Below, in pieces: positions 45,909 to 58,900 of a DNA stretch of 64,000 bases. A program made the position numbers and the translations under genes. The notes below the pieces were generated by a model. It was not told the DNA's origin and ran no database searches. It saw nothing but the letters and a program-made list of their open reading frames with translations. Source of the DNA: Chiloscyllium plagiosum. Lineage: Eukaryota. The stretch lies in assembly GCF_004010195.1 (NCBI RefSeq), contig NC_057718.1:94411205-94475204 (forward strand), read 5' to 3'. The stretch's first letter is position 1; every line of letters begins with the position of its first letter.

Positions 45909-46587
45909 CTTCCCAGCGCCTGGCAGCAGAGTGTACCTCAACGTGAGAGTCTGTCCTGGTCTGAACTGCTCTCGACTGTGTCTGCAAGATGCGCTGCAGC
46001 GTGTGTTTTCATTGACCCCCACCCCCTCCCCCCATTCATTTTTAATTGTTGACAGGAGCTCCCTGCGTCTCCATGTTGGTCCTCTGAACGATTCTCCCAC
46101 GGTTTCAGCACAGCCTCCAGCGGAAGCGATGGACGAGTCGCTGGAGAGTTTGCAAACTGTTGCTGCATTCCAACGTGGAAAGCAGCGAAGACATTTCGAC
46201 TTCAAAGGAGCGAAGTGCACTTTCACATGCCTCGTTCTCCCCTCCATTCACATTCCACGTTCATTCACATTCCAGCGATTCTTGATGTGTTTCATACATT
46301 CGGTATTCGTTATATCAGGTCACTGCAAACAAGAGCGAGTGGAAAATTCAGTGTTACCAAGTTAAAGTGATAGCATAGCTAAAGATGTATTTACAACATA
46401 TTCCCCACAGCGAATCCCTACCCCCATTCTCTTGAGATCTTTATCGTGGAGGTCGTGGGAATGTTACAGTGAAATTGCAAGGCTGCCAGAACAGCTGTAC
46501 TGAACATACTTAAGAGATTGGGGATTTCTTTAAAAATGTGCATTTTACCTAAAAATAATCCCCTTCATTAAATATATTATCACTTAG

Positions 46588-48637
46588 GGGAGAAAGTGAG
46601 GACTGCAGATGCTGGAGATCAGAGCTGAAAATGTGTTGCTGGAAAAGCACAGCAGGTCGGGCAGCATCCAAGGAGCAGGAGAATCGACGTTTCGGGCATG
46701 AGCCCTTCAGGAATGAGGAAAATGTGCCAAGCAGGCTAAGATAAAAGGTAGGGAGGAGGGACTTGGGGGAGGGGCATGGAAATGCGATAGGTGGAAGGAG
46801 GTTAAGGTAAGGGTGATAGGCCTGAGTGGGGGTGGGGGCGGAGAGGTCACGAAGAAGATTGCAGGTTAGGAAGGTGGTGCTGAGTTCGAGGGTTGGGACT
46901 GAGACAAGGTGGGGGNNNNNNNNNNNNNNNNNNNNNNNNNNNNNNNNNNNNNNNNNNNNNNNNNNNNNNNNNNNNNNNNNNNNNNNNNNNNNNNNNNNNN
47001 NNNNNNNNNNNNNNNNNNNNNNNNNNNNNNNNNNNNNNNNNNNNNNNNNNNNNNNNNNNNNNNNNNNNNNNNNNNNNNNNNNNNNNNNNNNNNNNNNNNN
47101 NNNNNNNNNNNNNNNNNNNNNNNNNNNNNNNNNNNNNNNNNNNNNNNNNNNNNNNNNNNNNNNNNNNNNNNNNNNNNNNNNNNNNNNNNNNNNNNNNNNN
47201 NNNNNNNNNNNNNNNNNNNNNNNNNNNNNNNNNNNNNNNNNNNNNNNNNNNNNNNNNNNNNNNNNNNNNNNNNNNNNNNNNNNNNNNNNNNNNNNNNNNN
47301 NNNNNNNNNNNNNNNNNNNNNNNNNNCATCTGGGTTGTTCGGTATTGGAACTGGTCCTCCTGGGAGCAGATGCGGCGGAGACGAAGGAATTGGGAATATG
47401 GGATGGCGTTTTTACAGGGGGCAGGGTGGGAGGAGGTGTAGTCTAGGTAGCTGTGGGAGTCAGTCGGTTTATAATAGATGTCCGTGTCGATTCAGTCATC
47501 CGAGATAGAAATGGAAAGGTCTAGGAAGGGGAGGGAGGAGTCTGAGACGGTCCAGGTGAATTTGAGGTCGGGGTGGAAGGTGTTGGTAAAGCGGATGAAC
47601 TGTTCAACCTCCTCGTGGGAGCACGAGGCAGCGCCGATACAGTCATCGATGTAGTGGAGGAAAAGGTGGGGGGTGGTGCCAGTGTAGCTGCGGAAGATGG
47701 ACTGTTCCACATATCCTACGAAGCATCAGGCATAGCTGGGGCCCATGCATGTGCCCATGGCTACTCCTTTGGTTTGGAGGAAGTGGGAGGATTGGAAAGA
47801 GAAGTTGTTCAGTGAGGACCAGTTCAGTCAGTTGAAGGGGGGTGTCAGTGGAAGGATACTGGTTGGTACAGAGGGAAAGGAAGAAGCGGAGGGCTTTGAG
47901 TCTTTCGTGATGGGGGATGGAGGTGTACAGGGACTAGATGTCCGTGGTGAAGATAAGGCGTTGGGGACCGGGGAAGCAAAAATCATGGAGGAGGTGGAGG
48001 GTGTGGGTGGTGTCCCGAACGTAGGTGGGGAGTTCTTGGACTAAGGGGGACAGGACCGTGTCGAGGTATGCAGAGATGAGTTCAGTGGGACAGGAGCAAG
48101 CTGAGACAATCGGTCGGCTGGGGCAGTCAGGTTTGTGGATTTTGGGCAGGATGTAGAAATGGGTGCCTCAGCAATGTAAAGATCGGTGCGCCAAACTACC
48201 ACCGCGCCTCCCTTGTCTGCTGGTTTGATAGTGAGGTTGGGTTTGGAACGGAGGGAGTGGAGGGCTGCACATTCCGAGGTTGGAGTGGGTGAGAGGGGTG
48301 GAGAGGTTGAGGTGGTTAATGTCGCGGTGGCAGTTGGCTATGAAGAGATCGAGGGCAGGTAAGAGGCCAGCACGGGGTGTCCAGGTGGATGAGGTATGTT
48401 GGAGGCGGGGAAGGGGTCGTCAGAGGGTGGGCGAGAATCCTGGTTGAAGAAGTAGACGCCAAGGCGGTGGAAGAATTGTTCGATGTCTCGCCAAGTGTTG
48501 AACTCGTTAATCCGAGAGCGTAGGGGAATCAAGGTGAGGCCTCTGCCGAGGACTGATCTTTCATCCTCAGAGAGGGGTAATTCTGGAGGGATGGTGAAAA
48601 TACGGCAGTGCTGGGAGCTAGGACCTGGTGTGGGCAC
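46588..48637 (-). mobile_element. Penelope-like retroelement (RT with YIDD), spanning gap 46916-47326
   Basis: FLHYIDDCIGAASCSHEEVEQFIRFTNTFHPDLKFTW...LPFLDLSI and LSEDERSVLGRGL. The terminus has a hammerhead motif with a 3-nt core deletion (~46680-46715). Confidence 0.9.
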
Positions 48638-51600
48638 TTATGGGAGAATGGTTTGCTTACCTTCAATAAGAATTTGTTTTAATATTTACTAAATCAAATG
48701 GTGGAAAGGATTTAGCACATTCCCAGAGGATAGGAAATTACTTGCTGAATGATGCTGTGAAACCTCAGAAATTTAAATATAGAATAATTTTGTCTGCCAT
48801 CCAAACTAAAACTATATTGAATTTGGGAGATGCAATTGAAGACTGTCCAATCATTAGAAATGATGATCTTCTATAGTGCTTTATATTAGTTAAAAACTAC
48901 CTAGAGAGGTTTTTTAAAGAAGCCGTAAAATGCTCGCAGACTATGCACTTTGTAATTCTTTTACACAACCAGAATTATGGTATTTAATTTGTATAGTATA
49001 GTGCACACTTTGCCACAACTACTAAAGGAAAGCAATCTTACACTAATCATACTTTAAAGTTGAAACAAACACCAGAATCACTGCAGTGTGAATTGCATTG
49101 CTGTCCATTTGACTTTAAGTATATATTTAATCCCAGATTTCTGACAGTTTGTTACAACACATTGGAATTTGATTGTGCAATGGAAATAATAATGAGGTTC
49201 ATAGTGGTTGCTATTATTTGTTTGCAAATCGGACTCCAACTTGTGTGCATTTGCAGCTAAATATGGAAATGTGGAAGTTGTTGACTAGGATGCCCACTCA
49301 AAGCTGCACAAAAATAGCAGTTTGTCATTTGACTAAACTTTCAAACAAATTGAATTTCCTGCACTTATATATAACATAGGAATACTTGGTTATAGGCCAT
49401 TTGACATATGTGTCCACTTCAGTTTTTATGTCCCACTCTTCCCAGTTTCTTTCACCTGGCAATCAGTATAACTCCGCATCCTTCCTCGTGATGTTATCAA
49501 GCTTTCCCCAGAATGCATCCAAATTCGTTGCTTCACCATTCCCTGCAATAACAATTTCCATTGTCATTACATGCTGTGCAAAGCTTATAGTGTAGGTTGG
49601 GTTCACTGAAATAGTTCTACTCTAATCGTCCCTTTAAAACATGGAAAATCTTATTTATTTCAAATACCTCATGGAATGAAAATGAACTTTTAATTCTCAT
49701 TCCATCAGATAATAATCAAATTGGAAATATTTGAATGATGCTAAATCCATTTATTTTCTCCCATTTCTTTCAGCCTTACTCTTTTAATTTAACATTTTGT
49801 TGCCTCATTTCTGTAGTGGATTTGATGTTGAATTAATTTTGTAATTGATACTTCCTGTTTGATATCCTGCATGGATTATTGATACATCTTCAATCGGATG
49901 GATTAAGGAGGCATGCAGATACTTGCTCTGTCCACACGGGTTCTTGATATCTGGTAGGGACACCACATTGTATCAACTGTCTAGTTACTACAATACCTGG
50001 GTCATTGTCTTTTTAAGCCACTTTTCATAATGTTGCAACTAATGGTCCTCACTCCTAAAGTATCAATACCATGCACTGGGAATGCACAATGACTGAGGGG
50101 AGCATACCAATATGTGGTAAGTAGCTTTAAAATGGTTGCTGTTTGTTCTTACATGGGCTATGCTGATTACAATGAGAAAAAGAGGCTGCAGATAAGGCAT
50201 GCTACCACAGAACCTTGTTCAAGGAAGTAGTTTTTGAAATTTTAATACAAGAGGGTTGTAGCTTCCAAATGCCCAGCGTTCAGCTTAACCTCTTTCTGTT
50301 TGTGGCCATGCAAGAGAATTTAAAGGGCTGAGCATTTAAACTACATACTCTGAAAGGAGGGGATGTTGTGCAGCAGGTCAGACAGCATCTGTGGAGTGAG
50401 AAATAAAAGTCAATGCTTCAGGTCCAGTGCCTGGCCTTCCCTAAGATGTAAACTTGTTTCATTCCCATAGGGACCCAAAAGTGTAAAAGTTCGGAGCATG
50501 GTGTGTAGCTTCAATCAAACACTTCAGATCACTCAGTATCACCTACAGCCCCAAATTGCAGAATGGAAGACTTGGTGAAGCACAGCCAATGATTGAAGAA
50601 GGCCGAGGTTGGAATCTGACAGATTACAATCTGCTGACAAGTGAGAATGTAACACACAGTTTTTAGAGTTTGAGGAACTCAGTGGGAGACGAGAGCTCTC
50701 AGTTGTACAGCAATGTGTGACTGCCTGGCTATGTTGCTGATGATGCAGACTTTGAGCTTTCATCTGCAGCAAAATCTATATTACTCATTCCCTATGCTCA
50801 GCAAATGGCTCAGGCTTAGCTTCCTAAGTAAAAACAACGATGGTTTGTATTTATATACCACTCTTAACATAGTAAGGCATCACAAGGTTCTTCACAGGGG
50901 TATTATCAAACAATGTGTAACATCAAGCTTCATAAGGAGATTTAGGACACATTACCAAAGGTTTGGTCAAAGAGATTAGTTTTAAGGCAAGTCTTTAAGG
51001 AGGGGATGTAGAAAGGAGGAAATTCGAAATATTAGTGCCTATGCAGCAGATAATCTGCTTTTCTTATGTTGGTTGAGGATAAATATGCAGTAGGACAGTG
51101 AAGATAATATGTCTGCCTTTCTTCAAAACGGAGCCAAGGATTGTTTACACCCACCTGGGAGAAAAGGGCAGGGTGACTAAGGGTGCTAAAATGTCCAGGG
51201 CTGACCCATAATTTGATCTCTCACCCTGCATCCCAGATCAGGACACCTTGGAGTGCATTTTGTCCCAGATTGCTGCTATTTCTGCAGATTTTGTTTCTGC
51301 CCATGCTTTGGGCACTGCAGACTGAAGATTTGTATTCTAAAGATGTCCTGTGGATGTCAGGTGGGTGACATCTGAACAGGCAGTGTTAGAATTGGGGTGG
51401 GATGTGTGAATGCAGATCATCATCCACTCCCAAACCCACTGACCCTTGTGTATTTAAACTGTTCTCCAGGTGTTGTCAGACTCTTCCATAGTGAAATGTC
51501 CCTTATTATTTTGATCCAGAGTTGATCATCATGACTCTTTATGGTGCCCCGTTTTTTGCCTCATCCCTCAGTGAGTTCAAAGTGGTGATGGATGAATGGG

Positions 51601-52484
51601 ACTTAATGTGAGCTCAAGTTTCAGGAGAGTGAAAAAGTAGGAGGATGGCCAAGAGTGCATTGGAACTGTAAAGCCTAGAGATAAAAAAAATTATTCACCT
51701 GAAATATGGAGAAGCAGGCAGCTAATTTTTAGCTCCACTGCAGCGACACAAGACACTTCCATGCAGCATGTTTGGATTGAAATAGAGTTGTATACAAATG
51801 TCCTTCTTAGTCTGTCAGGGCTATGTGACCTTTACCATGAGACACATACACTACAGACAGCCTTCTTAGTGGCACCTCAATAAAAATACCATTATACTGT
51901 CTTGTGAACACAGAGCATGGAGCCAGGCGAAAAGCTGAGTTTGATTGTGGAACAGCTGGAAAATACTAGAGCTACTGGCAGAGAGAGACACAGGAATGAT
52001 CAGAGGTTTAAAAGTTGTTATAAGAACAAACTGAAACCACAGATGGAACACTGGACAAAATAAAATTACTGCAGCTTTTCTTCTCCCAGCTCCAGATAAA
52101 ATGAAGGAATGAATGAAGCAAACAGCTTTTTCAGGCACAATAACAAAATTTTGAATTAAGAGCAAAATCTGCTTAACAAGTCACCGTAGCTATGCCGTTA
52201 CATCCATCATCTTGGGAAGACTGTTTCAAAGTATATGGCACCCTGAATCTCCCTGTAGAGAACAAGTAAAAGGGCTGAAGAAATGTCGAAAGTCTTGAAG
52301 GCACACTTTCAATGCCAAGTGATTGTGACTTACGGATGTTACATATTCAGTACTAGGGTCAAGGTGAAAAAGAGTAAGTTGATCAACATATGATTTCATT
52401 AGTTCACAAAATTCTGTGATTTTTTCACATCTAAAAGACAATGTAATTAAAGATCTGATGGAATTAGATAGGAGAGATCATGCA

Positions 52485-52984
52485 NNNNNNNNNNNNNNNN
52501 NNNNNNNNNNNNNNNNNNNNNNNNNNNNNNNNNNNNNNNNNNNNNNNNNNNNNNNNNNNNNNNNNNNNNNNNNNNNNNNNNNNNNNNNNNNNNNNNNNNN
52601 NNNNNNNNNNNNNNNNNNNNNNNNNNNNNNNNNNNNNNNNNNNNNNNNNNNNNNNNNNNNNNNNNNNNNNNNNNNNNNNNNNNNNNNNNNNNNNNNNNNN
52701 NNNNNNNNNNNNNNNNNNNNNNNNNNNNNNNNNNNNNNNNNNNNNNNNNNNNNNNNNNNNNNNNNNNNNNNNNNNNNNNNNNNNNNNNNNNNNNNNNNNN
52801 NNNNNNNNNNNNNNNNNNNNNNNNNNNNNNNNNNNNNNNNNNNNNNNNNNNNNNNNNNNNNNNNNNNNNNNNNNNNNNNNNNNNNNNNNNNNNNNNNNNN
52901 NNNNNNNNNNNNNNNNNNNNNNNNNNNNNNNNNNNNNNNNNNNNNNNNNNNNNNNNNNNNNNNNNNNNNNNNNNNNNNNNNNNN
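52485..52984. other. Assembly gap of exactly 500 N
   Basis: N run. The round size suggests a placeholder or estimate. Confidence 0.95.
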
Positions 52985-53024
52985 GTAATCCAGAAGTCAA
53001 CACTAATCCATTGGCTTGGGTTCA

Positions 53025-53738
53025 AATCCTGGGGAGTGTTGGTGAACAAAGAGACCTTGGAGTGCAGGTTCATTGTTCCTTGAAAGTAGAGTTGCAGGTA
53101 GACAGGATAGTGAAGAAGGCATTTGGAATGCTTTCCTTTAATAGTTGGAGCATCGAGTATAGGAGTTGGGAGATCATATTGCAGCTGTACAGGACATTGG
53201 TTAGGCCACTTTTGGAATATTTTGTTCAATTCTGGTCTCCCTCCTACCGGAACAATGTTGTGAAACATTAAAGAGTTTAGAAAAGATTCACAAGGATGTT
53301 GCCAGGGTCAGAGGATTTGAGCTATAGGGAGAGGTTGAATAGGCTGGGGCTGCTTTTCCTGGCACTTTGGAGGCTGAGGGGTGACCTTATAAAATCATGA
53401 GGGGCATGGATAGGATAAGTTGACAAAGTCTTTTCCCTGGGGTGGGGAAGTCCAAACTAGAGGGTTAGGGTGAGAGGGGAAGGATATAAAAGGACCTAAG
53501 GGGAAACTTTTTCACACAGAGGGTGGTGAGTGAATGGAATGAGCTGCCAGAGGAAGTGGTGGACGCTGGTACAGTTCCAATATTTAAAAGGCATCTGGAT
53601 GTGTATATGAATAGGAATGGTTTAGAGGGATATTAGCCATGTGCTGGCAAATGGGACTAGACTAGTTTAGGATATCTGGTCAGTATGAACGAGTTGGACT
53701 GAAGGGTCTGTTTGCATGCTGTACATCTCTAATGATTC
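53025..53738 (+). mobile_element. CR1 3' portion (mirror copy ~57935-58648 on minus)
   Basis: QRDLGVQVHCSLK...LYRTLVRPLLEY. Confidence 0.9.
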
Positions 53739-55285
53739 TAAATCCACCTGAGTGGCTGATGGAAGTTAAAAGTTAATAAAACCTGGACTTGAAAGCTAAT
53801 TTCAGTAACTGTCATGGTGACCATGACAACAATCATAATCATTAAAAACTCTTGTGAGTCACTAATGTCCTTCGGCGAAGGAAATCTACCATCCTCACCT
53901 GGTGTGACCTATGTGACTCCAGATCCACAGTAATGTTGTTGACTTGCAAATGGTTCAGCAAGCCACTTAATTGCTGACTGAGGCACCAAAGATTTAATAC
54001 AAATGTCCTACATTGTAACACTTCAAAAGTACTTAATTGGCTCTAATGTCTGTTATTCTTGAAGTCTGCTCTCTAACTACACTCTTGGGCTCTTGCAGTG
54101 CAGTGATAATGTCTTTATCTCGGAAGCAGAAGGTGAAGATTCAAGGTCCACCTGCTCCGAGGTGTGTATTAACATCTCTGAACAATTTGATTAAAAACAT
54201 AACTCCATTGGGTCAGTAAGACCCAGCTTCCCCACATCAGACAACTCGCCCTTGGGCCTTTTTGAGGATCATAGGCCACTATAATTATTGAGCACTTAAT
54301 GACTCTATCCACCCCCACTGCTATAATACACAGGACAATTGCAGATAGGCTCATGAAAACTTCATTTATATTACAATTTTGTTGAAAAAGAGAGAAGAAT
54401 CACATTTGTTTTTTTTGATGGGCAGAGTTGGGGTGAGGCAGCATTCCCTGTGCATATCTAATGTTATTATCCTTGGTTTCACCACACCTGATCTTCAAAA
54501 CCTAATGCATCACATACTGACCCAACACCCCCTCAAAGTAAGGCACATGGGGTCAGACTTACCCGAGTCTGGACACAATCAATGATGTCTATGGCGCTGT
54601 GTGCAGCTGTGGCAGTGTCCACTCTAGCCATGCAGGGCCTACCTACCTATTCAAACTGACTTGCAGGTATTGAGGGAGCAGTCCCTACTCCCTGAAAGGC
54701 ACAAGTCTGATCCTCAGCTTGTTTAAGCCATTCTTAGTGAGAAATCATTGCGGCAAAGGCTCTTTGGAAGTTGTGGGTCTCTGCTAACCACTGTGCCCAG
54801 GGCGGCACGGTGTATGAGCTATTGTGTGGCGAAGGATGTGCAGAAGGTGCAAGCAGAAAATGTCCTTCATTCTCTGATATAGTTATATGACCTCTACCTC
54901 GTGATACATCAGCAGTCAGAATTGGAAGTAAGTTTAATGGCGATCACATGCCCATGTCCAAACTGATGATCAAAAGGGCCATCTGAAATTATTCTGCCAA
55001 CCCACTGAAGGTGATGTTCATACCCATGGAGTGTGCCAGTCATAATGAAGACAAAGATCAAGCAGTAGTTCATTAACAGCAAGCCCATGTTGTGTCCACA
55101 ATAGGGAAGAGGATTTGGCAGTTGTGTTTGGTGCTCACAAGTCAGCAATCTGGTCACAACAATGTCCTTTTTGACTTTTCACTAAGGTAGAGGTCATATA
55201 ACTATATCAGAGAATGAAGGACATTTTCTGCTTGCACCTTCTGCACATCCTTCGCCACACAATAGCTCATACACCGTGTCGCCCT

Positions 55286-55583
55286 GGGCGGCATGGTGGC
55301 ACAGTGGTTAGCACTGCTGCCTCACAGCGCCAGAGACCCGGGTTCAATTCCCGCCTCAGGCGACTGACTGTGTGGAGTTTGCACGTTCTCCCCGTGTCTA
55401 CGTGGGTTTGCTCCGGTTTCCTCCCACAGTCCAAAGATGTGCAGGTCAGGTGAATTGGCCATGCTAAATTGCCCCATAGTGTTAAGTAAGGGGTACATGT
55501 AGGGGTATGGGTGGGTTGCGCTTCGGCGGGGCGGTGTGGACATATTGGGCCGAAAGGCCTGTTTCCACACTGTAAGTAATCTA
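55286..55583 (+). mobile_element. Full-length HE1-like SINE
   Basis: A box tggcacagtgg, B box ggttcaattcc, central domain, CR1-derived tail. Confidence 0.92.
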
Positions 55584-55914
55584 AAAAAAACAATTTGAGA
55601 AATAAAAGTACCAAATAGTTAATGAAACTTAACAGGTCTATGCACCTCTTTTACATCGCTTGGTCATTGCATCTTTGCTGTAGCTCTCACCTTTTCAGGA
55701 TTTGTGCAATAACCTTATGCTATTAGTACATAGCCTGTGTACTTGACTTCAGACATTGTTAATTGTAAATTTTTCTTGTTCAGTTTCAAATTCACCTAGT
55801 GAGTTGTCGAGCAGATGCACTATGTTCTGATTATGGTCAGCAATGGTCATTTTTATCATGTGCTTAAAAATGTGTTGCTGGAAAAGCGCAGCAGGTCAGG
55901 CAGCATCAAAGGAA

Positions 55915-55956
55915 CAGGAGAATCGACGTTTCGGGCATAAGCCCTTCTTCAGGAAT
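55915..55956 (-). ncRNA. Minimal type-I hammerhead ribozyme motif in Penelope terminus (55866-55956)
   Basis: Minus strand attcCTGAAGA-A-GGGC-TTAT-GCCC-GAAACGTC-gattctcc. Confidence 0.65.
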
Positions 55957-58900
55957 GCTAACTTTGATTTTTAAGCACATGATAAAAATGACCATTGCTG
56001 ACCATAATCAGAACCTAGTGCAACTGCTCGACAACTCAGTAGGTGAATTTGAAACTGAACAAGAAAAATTTACAATCAGAAGCAGAATTAAAGGAATGAC
56101 CTTTGCTGATGTGTTTGTAGCACTGTAGACCCTCATTTGTATTCTGGAAGCAGGAATCACAATGACTAGCCCTTGAGATCATGAGAAAATAAATTATTCC
56201 TGTTTGTGATAAAGATGTTAATGCACTTATTGTTCATCTTCACTGCTGTGCAATAATTGTGTGATGGGTTCTACTCTCAGTAAAGTCTCAATATTATTCT
56301 GCACTACTAATATCATCACTTCTTCATCATCAATAAATTTGATTCAAACAATACTACTAAATACAATTACTGCTACTTACATTAAGCCAACATCAGAAGT
56401 AATCGTACTGAAATGATAGATGACAGACTGACTATGGTATTGTATACAGCGTAACCTTGATAAAAAAAATCTTGAGTTCTGTGAATATGTGAATAACCGA
56501 TCAGAGACCCAGTACATACTCAGAGTCTGAGAGTCACTATAGTGCAGAAGAAGGCTGTTCAGCCAACTGAGTTGACTCAAGAATTCCTCATTACTTGCAT
56601 CTTAGGTTAAGTTAATATTGTACAAATTGAAGTGGTCCAGAGATACCTTTGATTATTTCAGAGAATCTACCAAATGTATGAAGGCAGAGCACAGATCATG
56701 GCAAATCCAGGGTCTATCCCTAGTTACTGCTGTTTTCAGTTCCTGACGTGAATTACCATGCTGATTAGAGATATATAAATTAGCTAGGGTCCTGATGAGG
56801 TAATCAACCTGAAATGCTGAGCTGGATCTAATAGGAGGTTTATAGCTCATCTTCCACTTAATCAGGCACCATCAGAAGAAACGTTAGTTCCAAATTGACC
56901 AACTTCCAAAGAGCCTTTGCCGCAATGATTTCTCACTAAGAATGGCTTAAACAAGCTGAGGATCAGACTTGTGCCTTTCAGGGAGTAGGGACTGCTCCCT
57001 CAATACCTGCAAGTCAGTTTGAATAGGTAGGTAGGCCCTGCATGGCTAGAGTGGACACTGCCACAGCTGCACACAGCGCCATAGACATCATTGATTGTGT
57101 CCAGACTCGGGTAAGTCTGACCCCATGTGCCTTACTTTGAGGGGGTGTTGGGTCAGTATGTGATGCATTAGGTTTTGAAGATCAGGTGTGGTGAAACCAA
57201 GGATAATAACATTAGATATGCACAGGGAATTCTGCCTCACCCCAACTCTGCCCATCAAAAAAAACAAATGTGATTCTTCTCTCTTTTTCAACAAAATTGT
57301 AATATAAATGAAGTTTTCATGAGCCTATCTGCAATTGTCCTGTGTATTATAGCAGTGGGGGTGGATAGAGTCATTAAGTGCTCAATAATTATAGTGGCCT
57401 ATGATCCTCAAAAAGGCCCAAGGGCGAGTTGTCTGATGTGGGGAAGCTGGGTCTTACTGACCCAATGGAGTTATGTTTTTAATCAAATTGTTCAGAGATG
57501 TTAATACACACCTCGGAGCAGGTGGACCTTGAATCTTCACCTTCTGCTTCCGAGATAAAGACATTATCACTGCACTGCAAGAGCCCAAGAGTGTAGTTAG
57601 AGAGCAGACTTCAAGAATAACAGACATTAGAGCCAATTAAGTACTTTTGAAGTGTTACAATGTAGGACATTTGTATTAAATCTTTGGTGCCTCAGTCAGC
57701 AATTAAGTGGCTTGCTGAACCATTTGCAAGTCAACAACATTACTGTGGATCTGGAGTCACATAGGTCACACCAGGTGAGGATGGTAGATTTCCTTCGCCG
57801 AAGGACATTAGTGACTCACAAGAGTTTTTAATGATTATGATTGTTGTCATGGTCACCATGACAGTTACTGAAATTAGCTTTCAAGTCCAGGTTTTATTAA
57901 CTTTTAACTTCCATCAGCCACTCAGGTGGATTTAGAATCATTAGAGATGTACAGCATGCAAACAGACCCTTCAGTCCAACTCGTTCATACTGACCAGATA
58001 TCCTAAACTAGTCTAGTCCCATTTGCCAGCACATGGCTAATATCCCTCTAAACCATTCCTATTCATATACACATCCAGATGCCTTTTAAATATTGGAACT
58101 GTACCAGCGTCCACCACTTCCTCTGGCAGCTCATTCCATTCACTCACCACCCTCTGTGTGAAAAAGTTTCCCCTTAGGTCCTTTTATATCCTTCCCCTCT
58201 CACCCTAACCCTCTAGTTTGGACTTCCCCACCCCAGGGAAAAGACTTTGTCAACTTATCCTATCCATGCCCCTCATGATTTTATAAGGTCACCCCTCAGC
58301 CTCCAAAGTGCCAGGAAAAGCAGCCCCAGCCTATTCAACCTCTCCCTATAGCTCAAATCCTCTGACCCTGGCAACATCCTTGTGAATCTTTTCTAAACTC
58401 TTTAATGTTTCACAACATTGTTCCGGTAGGAGGGAGACCAGAATTGAACAAAATATTCCAAAAGTGGCCTAACCAATGTCCTGTACAGCTGCAATATGAT
58501 CTCCCAACTCCTATACTCAATGCTCCAACTATTAAAGGAAAGCATTCCAAATGCCTTCTTCACTATCCTGTCTACCTGCAACTCTACTTTCAAGGAACAA
58601 TGAACCTGCACTCCAAGGTCTCTTTGTTCACCAACACTCCCCAGGATTTGAACCCAAGCCAATGGATTAGTGTTGACTTCTGGATTACTTTCCAGCGACC
58701 AGTTACATGACACCACTGTCTTCCTTTAAAGCAATTATCACTTTGTGCACAGCAATGTCCAGGTATTCTATTTTTGTATTACAAAGATAACTAAGTGCAA
58801 CAATGCAGTGCAGAAGTGTGCTGTAAGTGGACTGAGGATGTGCCTTGATGGTGCAATGAAGTGGGTGCATGCTGCATGCCAATGTTGGTGAATATGGCAT

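Larger units (their letters stand above)
52985..58688. repeat. Large inverted duplication: 52985-54773 / 56900-58688 (1789 bp arms)
   Basis: Coordinate sums are constant (111673). Mirror ORFs in the track differ at only two residues (QHS/QNS, LDA/LNA). Confidence 0.95.

Noticed and set aside
44815..46052. 405-aa antisense and 390-aa alternate-frame ORFs on CD93
   Set aside because: Same GC-rich shadow effect.
45909..46247. 113-aa in-frame N-terminal extension of the CD93 ORF
   Set aside because: No domain similarity. The signal peptide starts at the ATG at 45908.
46826..53271. Long ORFs containing X runs
   Set aside because: Artefacts of translating through N gaps.
55286..55360. tRNA gene
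   Set aside because: The A/B boxes belong to a SINE head that continues into the SINE body, with no complete cloverleaf.
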